A stretch of 64,000 nucleotides of DNA, taken from NCBI GenBank assembly GCA_016763075.1, contig JAESUM010000038.1, positions 8,571 to 72,570 of the forward strand, in the 5' to 3' direction. This DNA comes from Pseudomonadales bacterium. GTDB lineage: Bacteria > Pseudomonadota > Gammaproteobacteria > Pseudomonadales > JAHRWD01. The position numbers were made by a program, and so were the translations under genes. The notes beneath the pieces were generated by a model, which saw nothing but the letters and a program-made list of their open reading frames with translations, had not been told where the DNA came from and did not search any database. This document shows, piece by piece, positions 1 to 10,290 of the stretch. The stretch's first letter is position 1, and each line of letters begins with the position of its first letter.

Positions 1-2055
1 GACAGCTCTGAGCTATATAAAAAAGTTGATGGCTTTATCAGCCATTTAACGCGTCAAGAAGAAGCTGATGAAGGCGTAGAAGTTACGCCAGGGCATTATG
101 TTGTTGATGAAAAACAACGCCAGGTAGAACTCACTGAAGACGGCCATGAAGTCATTGAAGGGTTAATGATTGAAAACCAGCTGCTGGAAGAGGGAGATAG
201 TTTATACGCCCCAACCAATTTACGCCTGCTGCATCATGTTCACTCGGCACTACGCTCCTATGTTTTGTTCCAAAAAAATGTCGATTATATCGTCCGTGAT
301 GGCGAAGTTTTATTGGTTGACGAACACACCGGCCGAACCATGCCCGGGCGACGTTTGTCTGAAGGCCTGCACCAAGCGCTAGAAGCAAAAGAAGGCGTGG
401 CAATACAAAATGAAAGTCAAACCTTGGCGTCAACAACCTTCCAAAACTATTTCCGTTTATACAATAATTTGTCGGGAATGACCGGTACAGCAGATACCGA
501 AGCATTTGAGTTTCACCAAATTTATGGCTTGGATGTAGTCGTCATTCCAACCAACAAGCCAATGGTGAGAAAAGATCAAAATGATTTGATCTTCATGACT
601 ACCTCTGAAAAATACGAAGCAATTGTTGATCATATTCGCCAGTGCCAAGAAAGTTCACAACCGGTTTTAGTAGGTACAGCGTCTGTTGAAAGCTCGGAAC
701 TTATTTCTAAGTTTCTTGATGAAAAGAAAGTTAAACATAATGTTTTGAATGCAAAATTCCACGAAAAAGAAGCGGATATTATTGCCGAAGCAGGACGGCC
801 TGGCGCTATTACTATAGCCACCAATATGGCTGGTCGAGGTACGGATATTGTACTTGGTGGTAATGTTGAAGTTGAAATTTCCAAACTTAAAAACCCTTCT
901 GAGTCGGAAATAGAAACACGCCGAACCGAATGGGAAGAGCGCCATAAACAAGTGTTGGAAGCGGGTGGGCTTTATATTATTGGCACCGAACGCCATGAGT
1001 CACGCCGAATTGATAACCAGCTGCGCGGCCGATCTGGCCGTCAGGGCGATGCAGGCGAGTCGCGTTTTTACCTTTCACTTGAAGACAACCTAATGAGGAT
1101 TTTTGCATCAGACCGGATGAGAGGTTTTATGCAGAAATTGGGTATGGAGCAAGGCGAAGCGATAGAACATAAAATGGTAAGTAGCGCCATTGAAAAAGCA
1201 CAACGGAAAGTAGAAGGCCGCAACTTCGATATCCGTAAACAGTTACTTGAATACGATGACGTTGCAAACGACCAACGGCAAATTATTTACAAACAGCGTA
1301 ACGATTTAATGGAGCAGGATGATATTTCTGAAACCATTGAACTGATTCGAAGTGACGTATTGCATGAAGTTATCGATGACTATATTCCACCGCAAAGTAT
1401 TGAGGAACAGTGGGATGTTCCGGGTTTGGAAAAACAGCTCGAAACGGAATTCGATTTAGAGTTACCACTGGCTAAATGGCTTGAAGAAGACAGCAGCTTG
1501 CATGAAGTTACACTGCGTGAAAAAGTGCTTGAACAGTTAATAGCAGTGTATGAAGAAAAATCTCAGTTAGTTGGCGATGAAATACGTACACTTGAAAAAC
1601 AAGTGATGCTGCAAGTGTTAGATACTTTGTGGAAAGAACATTTGGCGTCTATGGACCACTTACGCCAAGGTATTCATTTGCGTGCGTATGCGCAGAAGAA
1701 CCCTAAGCAAGAGTACAAAAGAGAATCTTTTGAGCTATTTGAAAGCATGCTGAGCAACCTAAAACATGAAGTGGTTCGGTTTCTTTCTAAAGTTCAAATA
1801 AAGCTCGACGATGTCGATGAAATGGAACGTAAACGACTTGAAATGCAAGCAGAGGCGCAAATGGCCTTTGAGCATGCTGAGACCTCTGCGATCGCGCAAG
1901 CGCAGCAACCATCACCTGCCGATAACGGAAATAGAGAATCCATAACACCTGGGGATCAACCCTTTGTGCGTACGGGTAAAAAAGTAGGCCGTAACGAGCC
2001 ATGCCCTTGTGGGTCGGGTAAAAAATACAAGCAGTGTCACGGAAAATTAGAATAG
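1..2055 (+). CDS. secA: Preprotein translocase ATPase SecA (N-terminus lies upstream of the window)
   Basis: Frame 1 is open from base 1. The sequence is typical of the SecA motor and C-terminal region. It ends with the zinc-finger tail [14 protein letters not shown]. Confidence 0.95.
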   Translation, partial: DSSELYKKVDGFISHLTRQEEADEGVEVTPGHYVVDEKQRQVELTEDGHEVIEGLMIENQLLEEGDSLYAPTNLRLLHHVHSALRSYVLFQKNVDYIVRDGEVLLVDEHTGRTMPGRRLSEGLHQALEAKEGVAIQNESQTLASTTFQNYFRLYNNLSGMTGTADTEAFEFHQIYGLDVVVIPTNKPMVRKDQNDLIFMTTSEKYEAIVDHIRQCQESSQPVLVGTASVESSELISKFLDEKKVKHNVLNAKFHEKEADIIAEAGRPGAITIATNMAGRGTDIVLGGNVEVEISKLKNPSESEIETRRTEWEERHKQVLEAGGLYIIGTERHESRRIDNQLRGRSGRQGDAGESRFYLSLEDNLMRIFASDRMRGFMQKLGMEQGEAIEHKMVSSAIEKAQRKVEGRNFDIRKQLLEYDDVANDQRQIIYKQRNDLMEQDDISETIELIRSDVLHEVIDDYIPPQSIEEQWDVPGLEKQLETEFDLELPLAKWLEEDSSLHEVTLREKVLEQLIAVYEEKSQLVGDEIRTLEKQVMLQVLDTLWKEHLASMDHLRQGIHLRAYAQKNPKQEYKRESFELFESMLSNLKHEVVRFLSKVQIKLDDVDEMERKRLEMQAEAQMAFEHAETSAIAQAQQPSPADNGNRESITPGDQPFVRTGKKVGRNEPCPCGSGKKYKQCHGKLE

Positions 2056-2113
2056 ACACTCTAATTTTTTTATAAAATCGATTAAAATTTACAATAAAAA
2101 TTAGGCGTTTTCT

Positions 2114-3334
2114 GTGGCTATTGGTTTAGATTCATTTCCTCAAATGTTCCCAATTAAAGGTGTTCGATTAGCGACAGCCTGTGCTGGGGTTAAATATAAA
2201 AATCACCCGGATCTGACGTTAATCGAAGTGCCTATTGGTGCAACTTGCACCGGCGTTTTCACTAAAAACGCATTTTGCGCAGCACCGGTTACCATTTGTA
2301 AACAACACCTTAGAGGCGCTGATACACGGTATTTATTGATTAATTCTGGTAACGCCAATGCAGGTTTGGGGCAGTCCGGAATTGATGCAGCGATTCAATG
2401 TTGTGATGCGGTCGCAGCTCATAGTGGTACTCAAAGAGCACAAGTGTTGCCCTTTTCGACCGGCGTGATTGGTGAGCAATTACCAGCAGGTAAAGTTGTA
2501 TCTACAGTACCTGAACTATTAGGTAATCTATCTGATTCGGCGTGGGAGTATGCAGCGCGCGCAATCATGACTACGGATACTCGGCCTAAGGGTTTTTCTG
2601 AAAACATCGTGATCGATGGCTGCCCGGTTACGGTTACCGGGATCAGTAAAGGCGCAGGCATGATTAAGCCTGATATGGCAACGATGCTGGCTTTTATAGC
2701 GACAGACGCGAAGATTGAATCATCGACATTGAATTCGATGTTGCTTAAAGCGGCCAATAAATCCTTTAATAGAATTACGATTGATGGCGATACTTCAACC
2801 AACGATGCCTGCATGTTGATTGCAAGTGGCCAAACCAATCTGTCTTTAATTTCTGATGTTAACAGCAGCAACGCTAAGCAGTTTCAAAATCTATTAGATC
2901 GAGCTTGCGAGCACCTAGCCGTCGAGATTATTCGAGATGGAGAAGGGGCTACAAAACTGGTTGAGGTTGTGGTTGAAGGCGCGCAGGATCAATCGGAAGC
3001 ACTTGGGGTTGGTTATACTGTTGCTGAATCCCCGTTAGTTAAAACAGCTATTTTTGCCAGCGACCCTAACTGGGGCCGTATTTTGGCAGCGGTTGGGCGC
3101 TCCGGAATTTCTAATTTAGATATCAACGGCATCTCTATTTATCTAGACCAAGTTTGTATCGTTGAAAACGGTGGCCGAGCAGAAAGTTACCGTGAAGAAC
3201 TGGGTGCGGCGGTAATGGCAAAAGAAGCGTTTACAATTTTGATTCGGCTAGGCCGCGGCGAGCATATTGAAAAGCTTTGGACTACAGATCTGTCCTATGA
3301 CTATGTTCGTATCAATGCGGAATATCGTACGTAG
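2114..3334 (+). CDS. argJ: Bifunctional ornithine acetyltransferase / N-acetylglutamate synthase ArgJ
   Basis: GTG start. Full-length ArgJ-like sequence with the autoprocessing region PDMATMLAFIATDA and the C-terminal YVRINAEYRT. Confidence 0.9.
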   Translation: MAIGLDSFPQMFPIKGVRLATACAGVKYKNHPDLTLIEVPIGATCTGVFTKNAFCAAPVTICKQHLRGADTRYLLINSGNANAGLGQSGIDAAIQCCDAVAAHSGTQRAQVLPFSTGVIGEQLPAGKVVSTVPELLGNLSDSAWEYAARAIMTTDTRPKGFSENIVIDGCPVTVTGISKGAGMIKPDMATMLAFIATDAKIESSTLNSMLLKAANKSFNRITIDGDTSTNDACMLIASGQTNLSLISDVNSSNAKQFQNLLDRACEHLAVEIIRDGEGATKLVEVVVEGAQDQSEALGVGYTVAESPLVKTAIFASDPNWGRILAAVGRSGISNLDINGISIYLDQVCIVENGGRAESYREELGAAVMAKEAFTILIRLGRGEHIEKLWTTDLSYDYVRINAEYRT

Positions 3335-3367
3335 GTGTGTTGTACACATTACTAGTGGTATTCAACG

Positions 3368-4318
3368 ATGCATCTTGAAGTTGCGGTTGCAGCTATTCGA
3401 GATTCTGAAAATCGATTTCTGATAGCAAAACGTCCTGAACACCTCCATCAAGGTGGATTATGGGAATTTCCCGGTGGCAAAGTTGAACCGGGTGAATCTA
3501 TAAAACAAACATTGGTAAGAGAAATTAATGAAGAGCTCGGCATCGAGATTACTGGCGCTCGCCCACTGATTTCAATACCGCATCAATACAGCGACCGTTC
3601 AGTGTTGTTACATGTTTGGCTGGTTGATCAGTTTGAAGGTAAACCCGAAGGGAAAGAAGGACAAAAAATTTGTTGGGTTGAACAAGATAACTTAACGGAT
3701 TACAGCTTCCCTGCCGCAAATCGAACGATTATTTCAGCAATAAGCTTGCCCTCTAGTTACGTAATTACCCCTCAAAAAGATACTCTTTCTGAGTTAATCG
3801 AATTCCTAAAAAGGCACCTCAACAAAGAAACTCAGCTGGTTCAGTTTCGGGCACCAACCTGGTCTGAACAGCAATATTTGACTGCTGCGCAAGAGGTAAT
3901 GGAATTGTGTGGGTCTTTTGGTGCTAAGACAATACTAAACGCCGCTCCGACATTACTACAACAGATTGATGCTGCTGGTATTCACCTGACCCAGCAACAA
4001 CTCAGTCCATTGAAACAGCGCCCAATAGACGAAGGTAAAATGCTTGGCGTTTCATGCCATAACTTAGCCGAAATACAGCACGCACAGCAAATAGGTGCGG
4101 ACTATATAAGCTTATCGCCTGTCTTGCCCACTACAACTCATCCTGAGGCAAACCCTTTGGGTTGGCCGAAGTTTTCAGAACTCGTTGGTCAGTGCGCGGT
4201 GCCTGTATTCGCCCTTGGTGGTATGCAGCATTCGGATTTTCAAAGAGCATTGGATGCAGGTGCGCAGGGTATCGCAGGGGTTCGACTATTCAATGAGCCA
4301 TGTAACCTGAACGATTAA
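3368..4318 (+). CDS. mutT: NUDIX 8-oxo-dGTP diphosphatase (MutT) fused to a TenI/ThiE-like domain
   Basis: NUDIX box GGKVEPGESIKQTLVREINEELGIE. The C-terminal half resembles a TMP-synthase/TenI barrel (GADYISLSPV...FALGGM). From memory, Pseudomonas MutT has the same fusion. Confidence 0.75.
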   Translation: MHLEVAVAAIRDSENRFLIAKRPEHLHQGGLWEFPGGKVEPGESIKQTLVREINEELGIEITGARPLISIPHQYSDRSVLLHVWLVDQFEGKPEGKEGQKICWVEQDNLTDYSFPAANRTIISAISLPSSYVITPQKDTLSELIEFLKRHLNKETQLVQFRAPTWSEQQYLTAAQEVMELCGSFGAKTILNAAPTLLQQIDAAGIHLTQQQLSPLKQRPIDEGKMLGVSCHNLAEIQHAQQIGADYISLSPVLPTTTHPEANPLGWPKFSELVGQCAVPVFALGGMQHSDFQRALDAGAQGIAGVRLFNEPCNLND

Positions 4319-4322
4319 CGGC

Positions 4323-4562
4323 TTAGAAATCGATCTCGTCGGACTCACTGAATTGAATTACCGGCTCTCCGGGAATCGCATGTTCACCGCTTGACCATGC
4401 GCCAAGGTCAATTAGTTTGCAGCGGTCTGAGCAAAAAGGCCGTGCGTTATTAGTGGTAACCCAAGCTGCGGGCTTGCTGCAGGTAGGGCAGGGTAATATA
4501 CGAGCGCTGGGTTCATTGTTTGTAGCATTGGATACGCTTGGTTTCTTCGAATTGCTCATCAA
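4323..4562 (-). CDS. yacG: DNA gyrase inhibitor YacG (zinc ribbon)
   Basis: CPTC...CSDRC zinc ribbon followed by the conserved IDLGAW motif. The likely true start is the ATG at 4559, which overlaps the coaE stop by 1 nt. Confidence 0.85.
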   Translation of the reverse strand: MMSNSKKPSVSNATNNEPSARILPCPTCSKPAAWVTTNNARPFCSDRCKLIDLGAWSSGEHAIPGEPVIQFSESDEIDF

Positions 4563-5155
4563 TTATTCGCCAGTTTTAGGTAAGTTTGATGAAGGGTTTC
4601 GACATTTTTGTGAAGCGCTGCAAGGTCTTTGTCGTTAACAATGACGTCGTCTGCTTTTTCTAGGCGTTGCTGTCGGTCAGACTGCGCAGCAACGATGGCT
4701 CGAACTTGCTCTTCTGAGTTGTTGTCGCGAGCCATTGTACGTTCAACTTGTACATCTACCGGTACATCAATCACCAGTACTCGGGCAACGAATGAAGCTT
4801 GAGTCGTTTCTAGCAATAATGGCGATACCAATATGGAATAGGGCGAGGTGCTATTTTGGAGGCCTTGCGCGATTTCTTCACCGATTAGCGGGTGAAGTAA
4901 TGCTTCCAACCATAGGCGATCTTCTTCGGTTGCGAATACTCGGGTACGCATGAGTGCCCGATTGAGCCCGCCGTCATCCAGTATCATTTCTGGACCAAAG
5001 CGTTCGGCGATTTTTTGTAAAGCAGGTTTGCCTGGTTCAACCACGGTTCTTGATGCGACGTCGGCATCGACGATGGTAATGCCGAGTGCCTGAAAATGAT
5101 CTGAAGCGGCGGTTTTCCCGCTACCAATGCCACCTGTTAATCCGATGATAAGCAT
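4559..5155 (-). CDS. coaE: Dephospho-CoA kinase
   Basis: N-terminal P-loop [11 protein letters not shown], about 200 aa, and the conserved coaE-yacG arrangement next to pilD. Confidence 0.9.
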   Translation of the reverse strand: MLIIGLTGGIGSGKTAASDHFQALGITIVDADVASRTVVEPGKPALQKIAERFGPEMILDDGGLNRALMRTRVFATEEDRLWLEALLHPLIGEEIAQGLQNSTSPYSILVSPLLLETTQASFVARVLVIDVPVDVQVERTMARDNNSEEQVRAIVAAQSDRQQRLEKADDVIVNDKDLAALHKNVETLHQTYLKLANN

Positions 5156-5199
5156 GTATAAATCTCGCTTGGTCGTCGTTTGTGGTAGCTCGATTTATC

Positions 5200-6114
5200 T
5201 TATTGGAGCCCCGCAAACTGTAAATATGAGCTGACCAGTGTATCACCCCAAAGCAATGCAATAAATCCTGCTGCAGCAAGATAGGGTCCAAACGGGATTG
5301 GGATTTCTTTGTCGCGGCCTTGTAGCACGATCATGAAAACGCCGATAACAGCGCCTACGAATGCCGACATTAGAATAATGAGAGGCAGCATTTGGAAACC
5401 CATCCACGCGCCCAGCGCAGCGAGTAATTTGAAATCGCCATAGCCCATGCCTTCTTTGCCTGTAGCTATTTTAAAGCCCCAATAGACCAGCCATAAGCTT
5501 AAGTATCCGCCGATTACACCCCATAGCGCATCCTCAATGGATACGAATTGCCCGAAGAGGTTTAATACAAGCCCAAGCCACAGTAACGGTAATGTAATGT
5601 TATCGGGTAACAACTGATGGTCGATATCGATCATTGTCAACGATAGTAAGCTCCACATCAGTAGCAAAGCCCATAACGTTTGCAACGTCACACCGAAGTT
5701 AACCGCGATAGCCGCAGCTAATATGCCTGAAGTCAGTTCAACTAACGGGTAACGGATGGAGATCGATTGGCGACAGCCGGAGCATTTCCCACCCAAAAAC
5801 AGGTAGCTGATGATGGGGATGTTTTGCCAGCTTCGTATAACGTGCTGGCAGTTTGGGCAATGGGAGCCAGGCCAAATAAGGTTATAGGGTTTGTCAGGTT
5901 TTGCTGCTGCGCTGTCGGTTTCCGAGCTGATTGCTTCATTGGCGTTATGTTCTTCAAGTAACAGCCGACATTGTTCTCCCCACTGTTTTTCTAGCATGAG
6001 AGGCAGGCGGTGAATCACAACGTTAAGGAAGCTTCCGACTAATAACCCAAGAATAGAAACTACGGTGATAAAAAATATCGGATTGGCAATGAAGTAAGGG
6101 ATCATAAGATACAT
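5200..6114 (-). CDS. pilD: Prepilin leader peptidase / N-methyltransferase PilD
   Basis: Cys-rich CPNC...CSGC methyltransferase region, a polytopic A24 peptidase domain with the GYGDFKL motif, and position next to pilC. Confidence 0.9.
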   Translation of the reverse strand: MYLMIPYFIANPIFFITVVSILGLLVGSFLNVVIHRLPLMLEKQWGEQCRLLLEEHNANEAISSETDSAAAKPDKPYNLIWPGSHCPNCQHVIRSWQNIPIISYLFLGGKCSGCRQSISIRYPLVELTSGILAAAIAVNFGVTLQTLWALLLMWSLLSLTMIDIDHQLLPDNITLPLLWLGLVLNLFGQFVSIEDALWGVIGGYLSLWLVYWGFKIATGKEGMGYGDFKLLAALGAWMGFQMLPLIILMSAFVGAVIGVFMIVLQGRDKEIPIPFGPYLAAAGFIALLWGDTLVSSYLQFAGLQ

Positions 6115-6193
6115 GCAGTAAGCCGCTGCCGAATAACTTGAGTAAGTATCAGGCAGCGGCGAATATAGAAAAAGGTGGATTTGGGGGCTGAGG

Positions 6194-7414
6194 TTAAACC
6201 ACGTTACCCATTTGGAAGATAGGCAAGTACATCGCCATCACGAGGCCACCGACTAATACACCAAGTACAGACATAATCATGGGTTCCATCATGGCGGATA
6301 AACTGTCAACCGAGTCATCCACTTCATCCTCATAACGGCTTGCAACACGATCAAGCATTTCATCAAGTGTTCCAGATTCTTCCCCAATGCCAACCATTTG
6401 AATTAGCATGGATGGAAAAACATTGGCGCTTTTCATCGCAAACTGTAATTGCTGTCCTGAGGTTACGTCGTTTCGAATTTTATAAACAGCTTCTTCATAG
6501 ACGATGTTGCCGCAGGCGCCGGCAACCGAATCAAGAGCATTGACTAGCGGCACACCGGCAGCAAATGTAGTAGATAGAGTCCGAGCAAACCGGGCAACAG
6601 CAGATTGATTAATAATAGGACCAATGACAGGAAGCTTAAGAGCCAGCCGATCGATCGAATGCGCAAATTTTTCCGAGCGATGCATAGCTTCTTTATATCC
6701 AGTGGTAGCGGCGGCGGATATTATAAATGCCATAAACCACCATTCTTGAACTACTTCGGATAGGCTAATGACCATTCTTGTAAAAACGGGTAATTCTGCA
6801 CCAAAGCTAGAAAAAATATTCTCAAACGTGGGTACTACTTTTATCAGTAGTATTGCGGTCACCACGACTGAAATGAGAATGATGGTGATCGGGTACTTCA
6901 TGGCTTTTTTGACTTTGGTTTTCATCGCTTCAGTTTTTTCTTTGTAGGTCGCGACTCGGTCAAGCATAGTATCCAGCGAGCCAGAATCCTCACCGGCACC
7001 CACTAAACTGCAAAACAGGTCATCGAAATATTTGGGGTGTTTAGCAATGGCGGATGCAAAGCTATCTCCGCCTGAAACATCATCTTTAATCTTTTCGACG
7101 AGCTCGGCCATACTTCTGTTGTCGAGTCCATCAGCGACGATTTCAAATGACTGGACTAGCGGGACGCCAGTTTTCATCATTGTGGCAAGTTGACGGGTAA
7201 AGTTAGCAACATCCATAGGCTTGATAGCCTTTTTTCTGGCGGCGAACAGCGGCTTAGATTTTTTCTTTACTTTTGTCGGTATGACGCCCTGTTTTCTGAG
7301 CTGCGCCTTAACCAATGAAATGCTCATCCCATCCATTTCACCGCTGGTTTTTTGCCCATTGCGGTCTTTTCCGCTCCAAGTAAAGGTCTGCCTTGATGGT
7401 GCGTTGGTTGCCAT
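6194..7414 (-). CDS. pilC: Type IV pilus platform protein PilC (GspF family)
   Basis: Duplicated GspF-type domains with TM segments. Located between pilB and pilD. Confidence 0.9.
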   Translation of the reverse strand: MATNAPSRQTFTWSGKDRNGQKTSGEMDGMSISLVKAQLRKQGVIPTKVKKKSKPLFAARKKAIKPMDVANFTRQLATMMKTGVPLVQSFEIVADGLDNRSMAELVEKIKDDVSGGDSFASAIAKHPKYFDDLFCSLVGAGEDSGSLDTMLDRVATYKEKTEAMKTKVKKAMKYPITIILISVVVTAILLIKVVPTFENIFSSFGAELPVFTRMVISLSEVVQEWWFMAFIISAAATTGYKEAMHRSEKFAHSIDRLALKLPVIGPIINQSAVARFARTLSTTFAAGVPLVNALDSVAGACGNIVYEEAVYKIRNDVTSGQQLQFAMKSANVFPSMLIQMVGIGEESGTLDEMLDRVASRYEDEVDDSVDSLSAMMEPMIMSVLGVLVGGLVMAMYLPIFQMGNVV

Positions 7415-7416
7415 GA

Positions 7417-9135
7417 TTAGTCCTTCGTAATTCGGTTGATTTCTTTAAGAGTGGTAATGCCCTGTCTGATCTTCAGTAGCCCTGATTGTCGGAGGTTGTT
7501 GTATCCTTCAACGTTATGGGCTTGCTCGGCAATTTGAATGGAGTTGCCATCCGACATAATGATTTTCGCTAACTCAGGGGATATGGGTACCACTTCGTAT
7601 ATGCCCACTCGGCCTTTGTACCCTTTGTTGCATTTATCACAGCCGATTGCATCATAAAGAGCTAGATCTGCTAAATCTTCCGTGTGAAACCCTTCTTCTA
7701 TGAGCGTTTCTTCAGGAATGGTTACCGGCTCTTTACAGTGTTCGCATAGCTTACGAGCTAATCGTTGCGCGATAATTAGACTCACTGATGTTGCGATATT
7801 GAATGCAGGTACACCCATATTTCGCAAACGAGTGAGCGTTTCGGCGGCACTGTTGGTATGTAATGTCGATAGCACCAAGTGGCCTGTTTGAGCCGCCTTA
7901 ATAGCAACTTCAGCGGTTATGATATCCCGGATTTCACCCACCATGATGATATCTGGATCTTGTCGCAAGAAGGCTCTCAATGCTTCAGCAAAGTCGAGTC
8001 CTACTTTGTAGTTCATGTTGACCTGGTTAATGCCTTCCAGGTTTATTTCTACAGGATCTTCCGCGGTTGAAATATTACGTTCATCATTGTTAAGAATATT
8101 AAGGCCGGTATATAGAGATACCGTTTTACCACTACCGGTCGGGCCTGTTACAAGAATCATGCCCTGAGGCCTGTGAAGAGCTTTCATAAACAGCTCTTTT
8201 TGATCAGGCTCATACCCAAGAGAGTCAATGCCCATTTGCGCACTGGTTGGGTCTAAAATACGCAGTACAATTTTTTCCCCCCACAGAGTTGGGAGCGTGT
8301 TAACCCGAAAATCGATCGAGCGAGTACGCGTGAGCTTAAGTTTGATACGGCCATCTTGAGGGACACGCCTTTCAGAAATGTCCATTTGTGACATGACTTT
8401 AAGACGTACGGTAATGCGCGCAGCAATGTTTTGCGGTGGTCTTGTGCGTTCGTGCAAAATACCGTCGGTTCTAAACCGGACACGGTATATTTTTTCGTAG
8501 GGTTCGAAGTGAATATCCGACGCACCCATTTTAATGGCGTCTAGCAATACCTTGTTGATGAACCGGACAATAGGGGCCTCATCGACCTCCTCGCTCTTGT
8601 CATCTTTGTCTTCTTCCTCTTGCGTGGCACCAATATCCAGACCATCCAGGTCAGCGTCGTCAAATCCGTCCAAGTCCAGCATTTGGTCTTCGTCTTGCTC
8701 AAGAAACTTCGCAATGGTTTCGCTAAGTTTATCTTCTTCTACCAGTATCGCTTGTGTGCTGATCCCTGTATGAAAAGTAAGCTCATCAAGGGCTCGAAGA
8801 TTGGTAGGGTCAGAAACCGCTATATAAAGGCGGTTCTCCCTTTTGAACAATGGGATGGTGTGATGCATGCGGATAAGTTTGATATCCACAACATCTTTAG
8901 GGAATAGTTCAGTATCAAACGCAGACAAATCTAGAACAGGCGTTCCAAAATGTGACGATGCAGCTAAAGCAATGTCTGTACTTGATGCCAAACCATTAGC
9001 TACAAGGTGCGCAACGAAAGGAGTGTTACTCTGATTTGCTTGGCTTAAAGCATCCTGAGCGTGCTCCTCAATAAGAATACCCTCATCGACCAATCGTTTG
9101 GGTAATCCGCTTAGAGGTAGTGCGATTGCTTCCAT
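7417..9135 (-). CDS. pilB: Type IV pilus assembly ATPase PilB (GspE family)
   Basis: Walker A GPTGSGKT, GspE signature regions, the tetracysteine motif CEHC...CDKC and an N-terminal GSPII-like domain. Confidence 0.92.
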   Translation of the reverse strand: MEAIALPLSGLPKRLVDEGILIEEHAQDALSQANQSNTPFVAHLVANGLASSTDIALAASSHFGTPVLDLSAFDTELFPKDVVDIKLIRMHHTIPLFKRENRLYIAVSDPTNLRALDELTFHTGISTQAILVEEDKLSETIAKFLEQDEDQMLDLDGFDDADLDGLDIGATQEEEDKDDKSEEVDEAPIVRFINKVLLDAIKMGASDIHFEPYEKIYRVRFRTDGILHERTRPPQNIAARITVRLKVMSQMDISERRVPQDGRIKLKLTRTRSIDFRVNTLPTLWGEKIVLRILDPTSAQMGIDSLGYEPDQKELFMKALHRPQGMILVTGPTGSGKTVSLYTGLNILNNDERNISTAEDPVEINLEGINQVNMNYKVGLDFAEALRAFLRQDPDIIMVGEIRDIITAEVAIKAAQTGHLVLSTLHTNSAAETLTRLRNMGVPAFNIATSVSLIIAQRLARKLCEHCKEPVTIPEETLIEEGFHTEDLADLALYDAIGCDKCNKGYKGRVGIYEVVPISPELAKIIMSDGNSIQIAEQAHNVEGYNNLRQSGLLKIRQGITTLKEINRITKD

Positions 9136-9565
9136 TAATACTCTTGAAATTTTATGTTTGGCTGTATTTTAGTTAATGAGGATCAGTTCATTTAACTGGA
9201 GGCTCAAAGCGCCCAATAATGCATTGAGTATAGATCAACTGCTTTATATGTGTATTTGGTTTTTAATACTACGTCCGACGATGCAGCAATTGGATTGTAA
9301 AATATTAATGGCATCGCTCAGGCTGGCTCTTGCAGCCACGTTCTAAAAGATAATGTGGGGCAAAACTTGTTGGCGGAAGGCGTATGTTTTTTAAACACAT
9401 GTGACGTAGCGTGAAACTAAATTTGGTTATATCCTGACGCTATTGGTCACATTTATAGAATGGATTGATGGCTCTTCATTATTATGTGTGCAAAATTTTG
9501 ACAAAACCACCGTATTCACCTATTTCTTTATGTGTCCGGAATGAAAAATGACATTTTCGTCAGGT

Positions 9566-9581
9566 TGGCATTTACCTTGCA
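9566..9581 (+). promoter_or_regulatory. Sigma-54 (RpoN) type -24/-12 promoter for pilA
   Basis: TGGCAT-N5-TTGCA has exact GG/GC spacing and lies about 185 nt upstream of the pilA ATG. pilA is RpoN/PilR dependent in Pseudomonas (established knowledge). Confidence 0.6.
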
Positions 9582-9764
9582 GTGTGAAGGTAAGAGCAGA
9601 GTTCATTAATGGGCTGAGTTCAAGGACACCCTACCTGAAGACGGGGCGACAGTACGCAATACCGAAGGCAGTAGTTCGGGGTTAGCTGATCCAGGTTGGG
9701 TCGATTTTTACTCTGTATTTTAATGTACTAAATTAATTTGTTTCAAAATTGACGGAGATTCACC

Positions 9765-10217
9765 ATGAACAAAGTGCAAAAGGGTTTTACCCTGATTGAA
9801 TTGATGATCGTAGTAGCGATTATTGGTATTTTGGCAGCGGTAGCGTTACCTGCGTATCAGGATTACATAAGTCGTGCGAAGGCGGCAGAATTTCCATTAG
9901 CAGCATCCGATAGTAAAACTTCGATGTCTGAGTGGGCCGCCTTTCACGCTGCAGATCCTTGGCCTGCCACTGTCAGTGGAGATCAAGTTGGTGTTACTAC
10001 GGCGACAGGCCAGTATGTTTTCTTGGTAACATATGATTATGTGAGCGCTACTCGGGCTGCCGTTGAAGTTAGGGGCACAGTAGATACACATGACATCATG
10101 ATGAGATACGAAGGTATTAAGACTCTTGGTAGAGTGATTTGGGTTTGTGCGGCAGTGGAAGGTACAAAATATCTTCCTGCGAGCTGTAGAAATCTAGAAA
10201 ACGTCACTATGCCTTAG
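9765..10217 (+). CDS. pilA: Type IVa major pilin PilA
   Basis: Short leader MNKVQKG followed by [27 protein letters not shown] (G-1, F+1, E+5). C-terminal Cys pair ([15 protein letters not shown]). Divergent from pilBCD. Confidence 0.9.
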   Translation: MNKVQKGFTLIELMIVVAIIGILAAVALPAYQDYISRAKAAEFPLAASDSKTSMSEWAAFHAADPWPATVSGDQVGVTTATGQYVFLVTYDYVSATRAAVEVRGTVDTHDIMMRYEGIKTLGRVIWVCAAVEGTKYLPASCRNLENVTMP

Positions 10218-10246
10218 TGATAACCCAGCTATAGAATACTGAATCT

Positions 10247-10276
10247 ATGCCGGCGTATTTACGCCGGCATTTTTTG
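10247..10276 (+). terminator. Rho-independent terminator after pilA
   Basis: Perfect 10-bp stem ATGCCGGCGT / ACGCCGGCAT with loop ATTT, followed by a T-run. Confidence 0.75.
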
Positions 10277-10290
10277 GCTGTGATTTTTAT

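Noticed and set aside
8534-8907. Ser-rich 79-aa and 95-aa ORFs antisense to pilB
   Set aside because: They are low-complexity translations of the antisense strand of the acidic linker of PilB, not independent genes.
9582-9764. Possible c-di-GMP (GEMM-type) riboswitch in the pilA leader, prompted by ACGCAATACC...CGGGG
   Set aside because: Only a few nucleotides resemble the conserved GEMM core, and I could not build the two-hairpin architecture. I kept only the observation that the leader is long.
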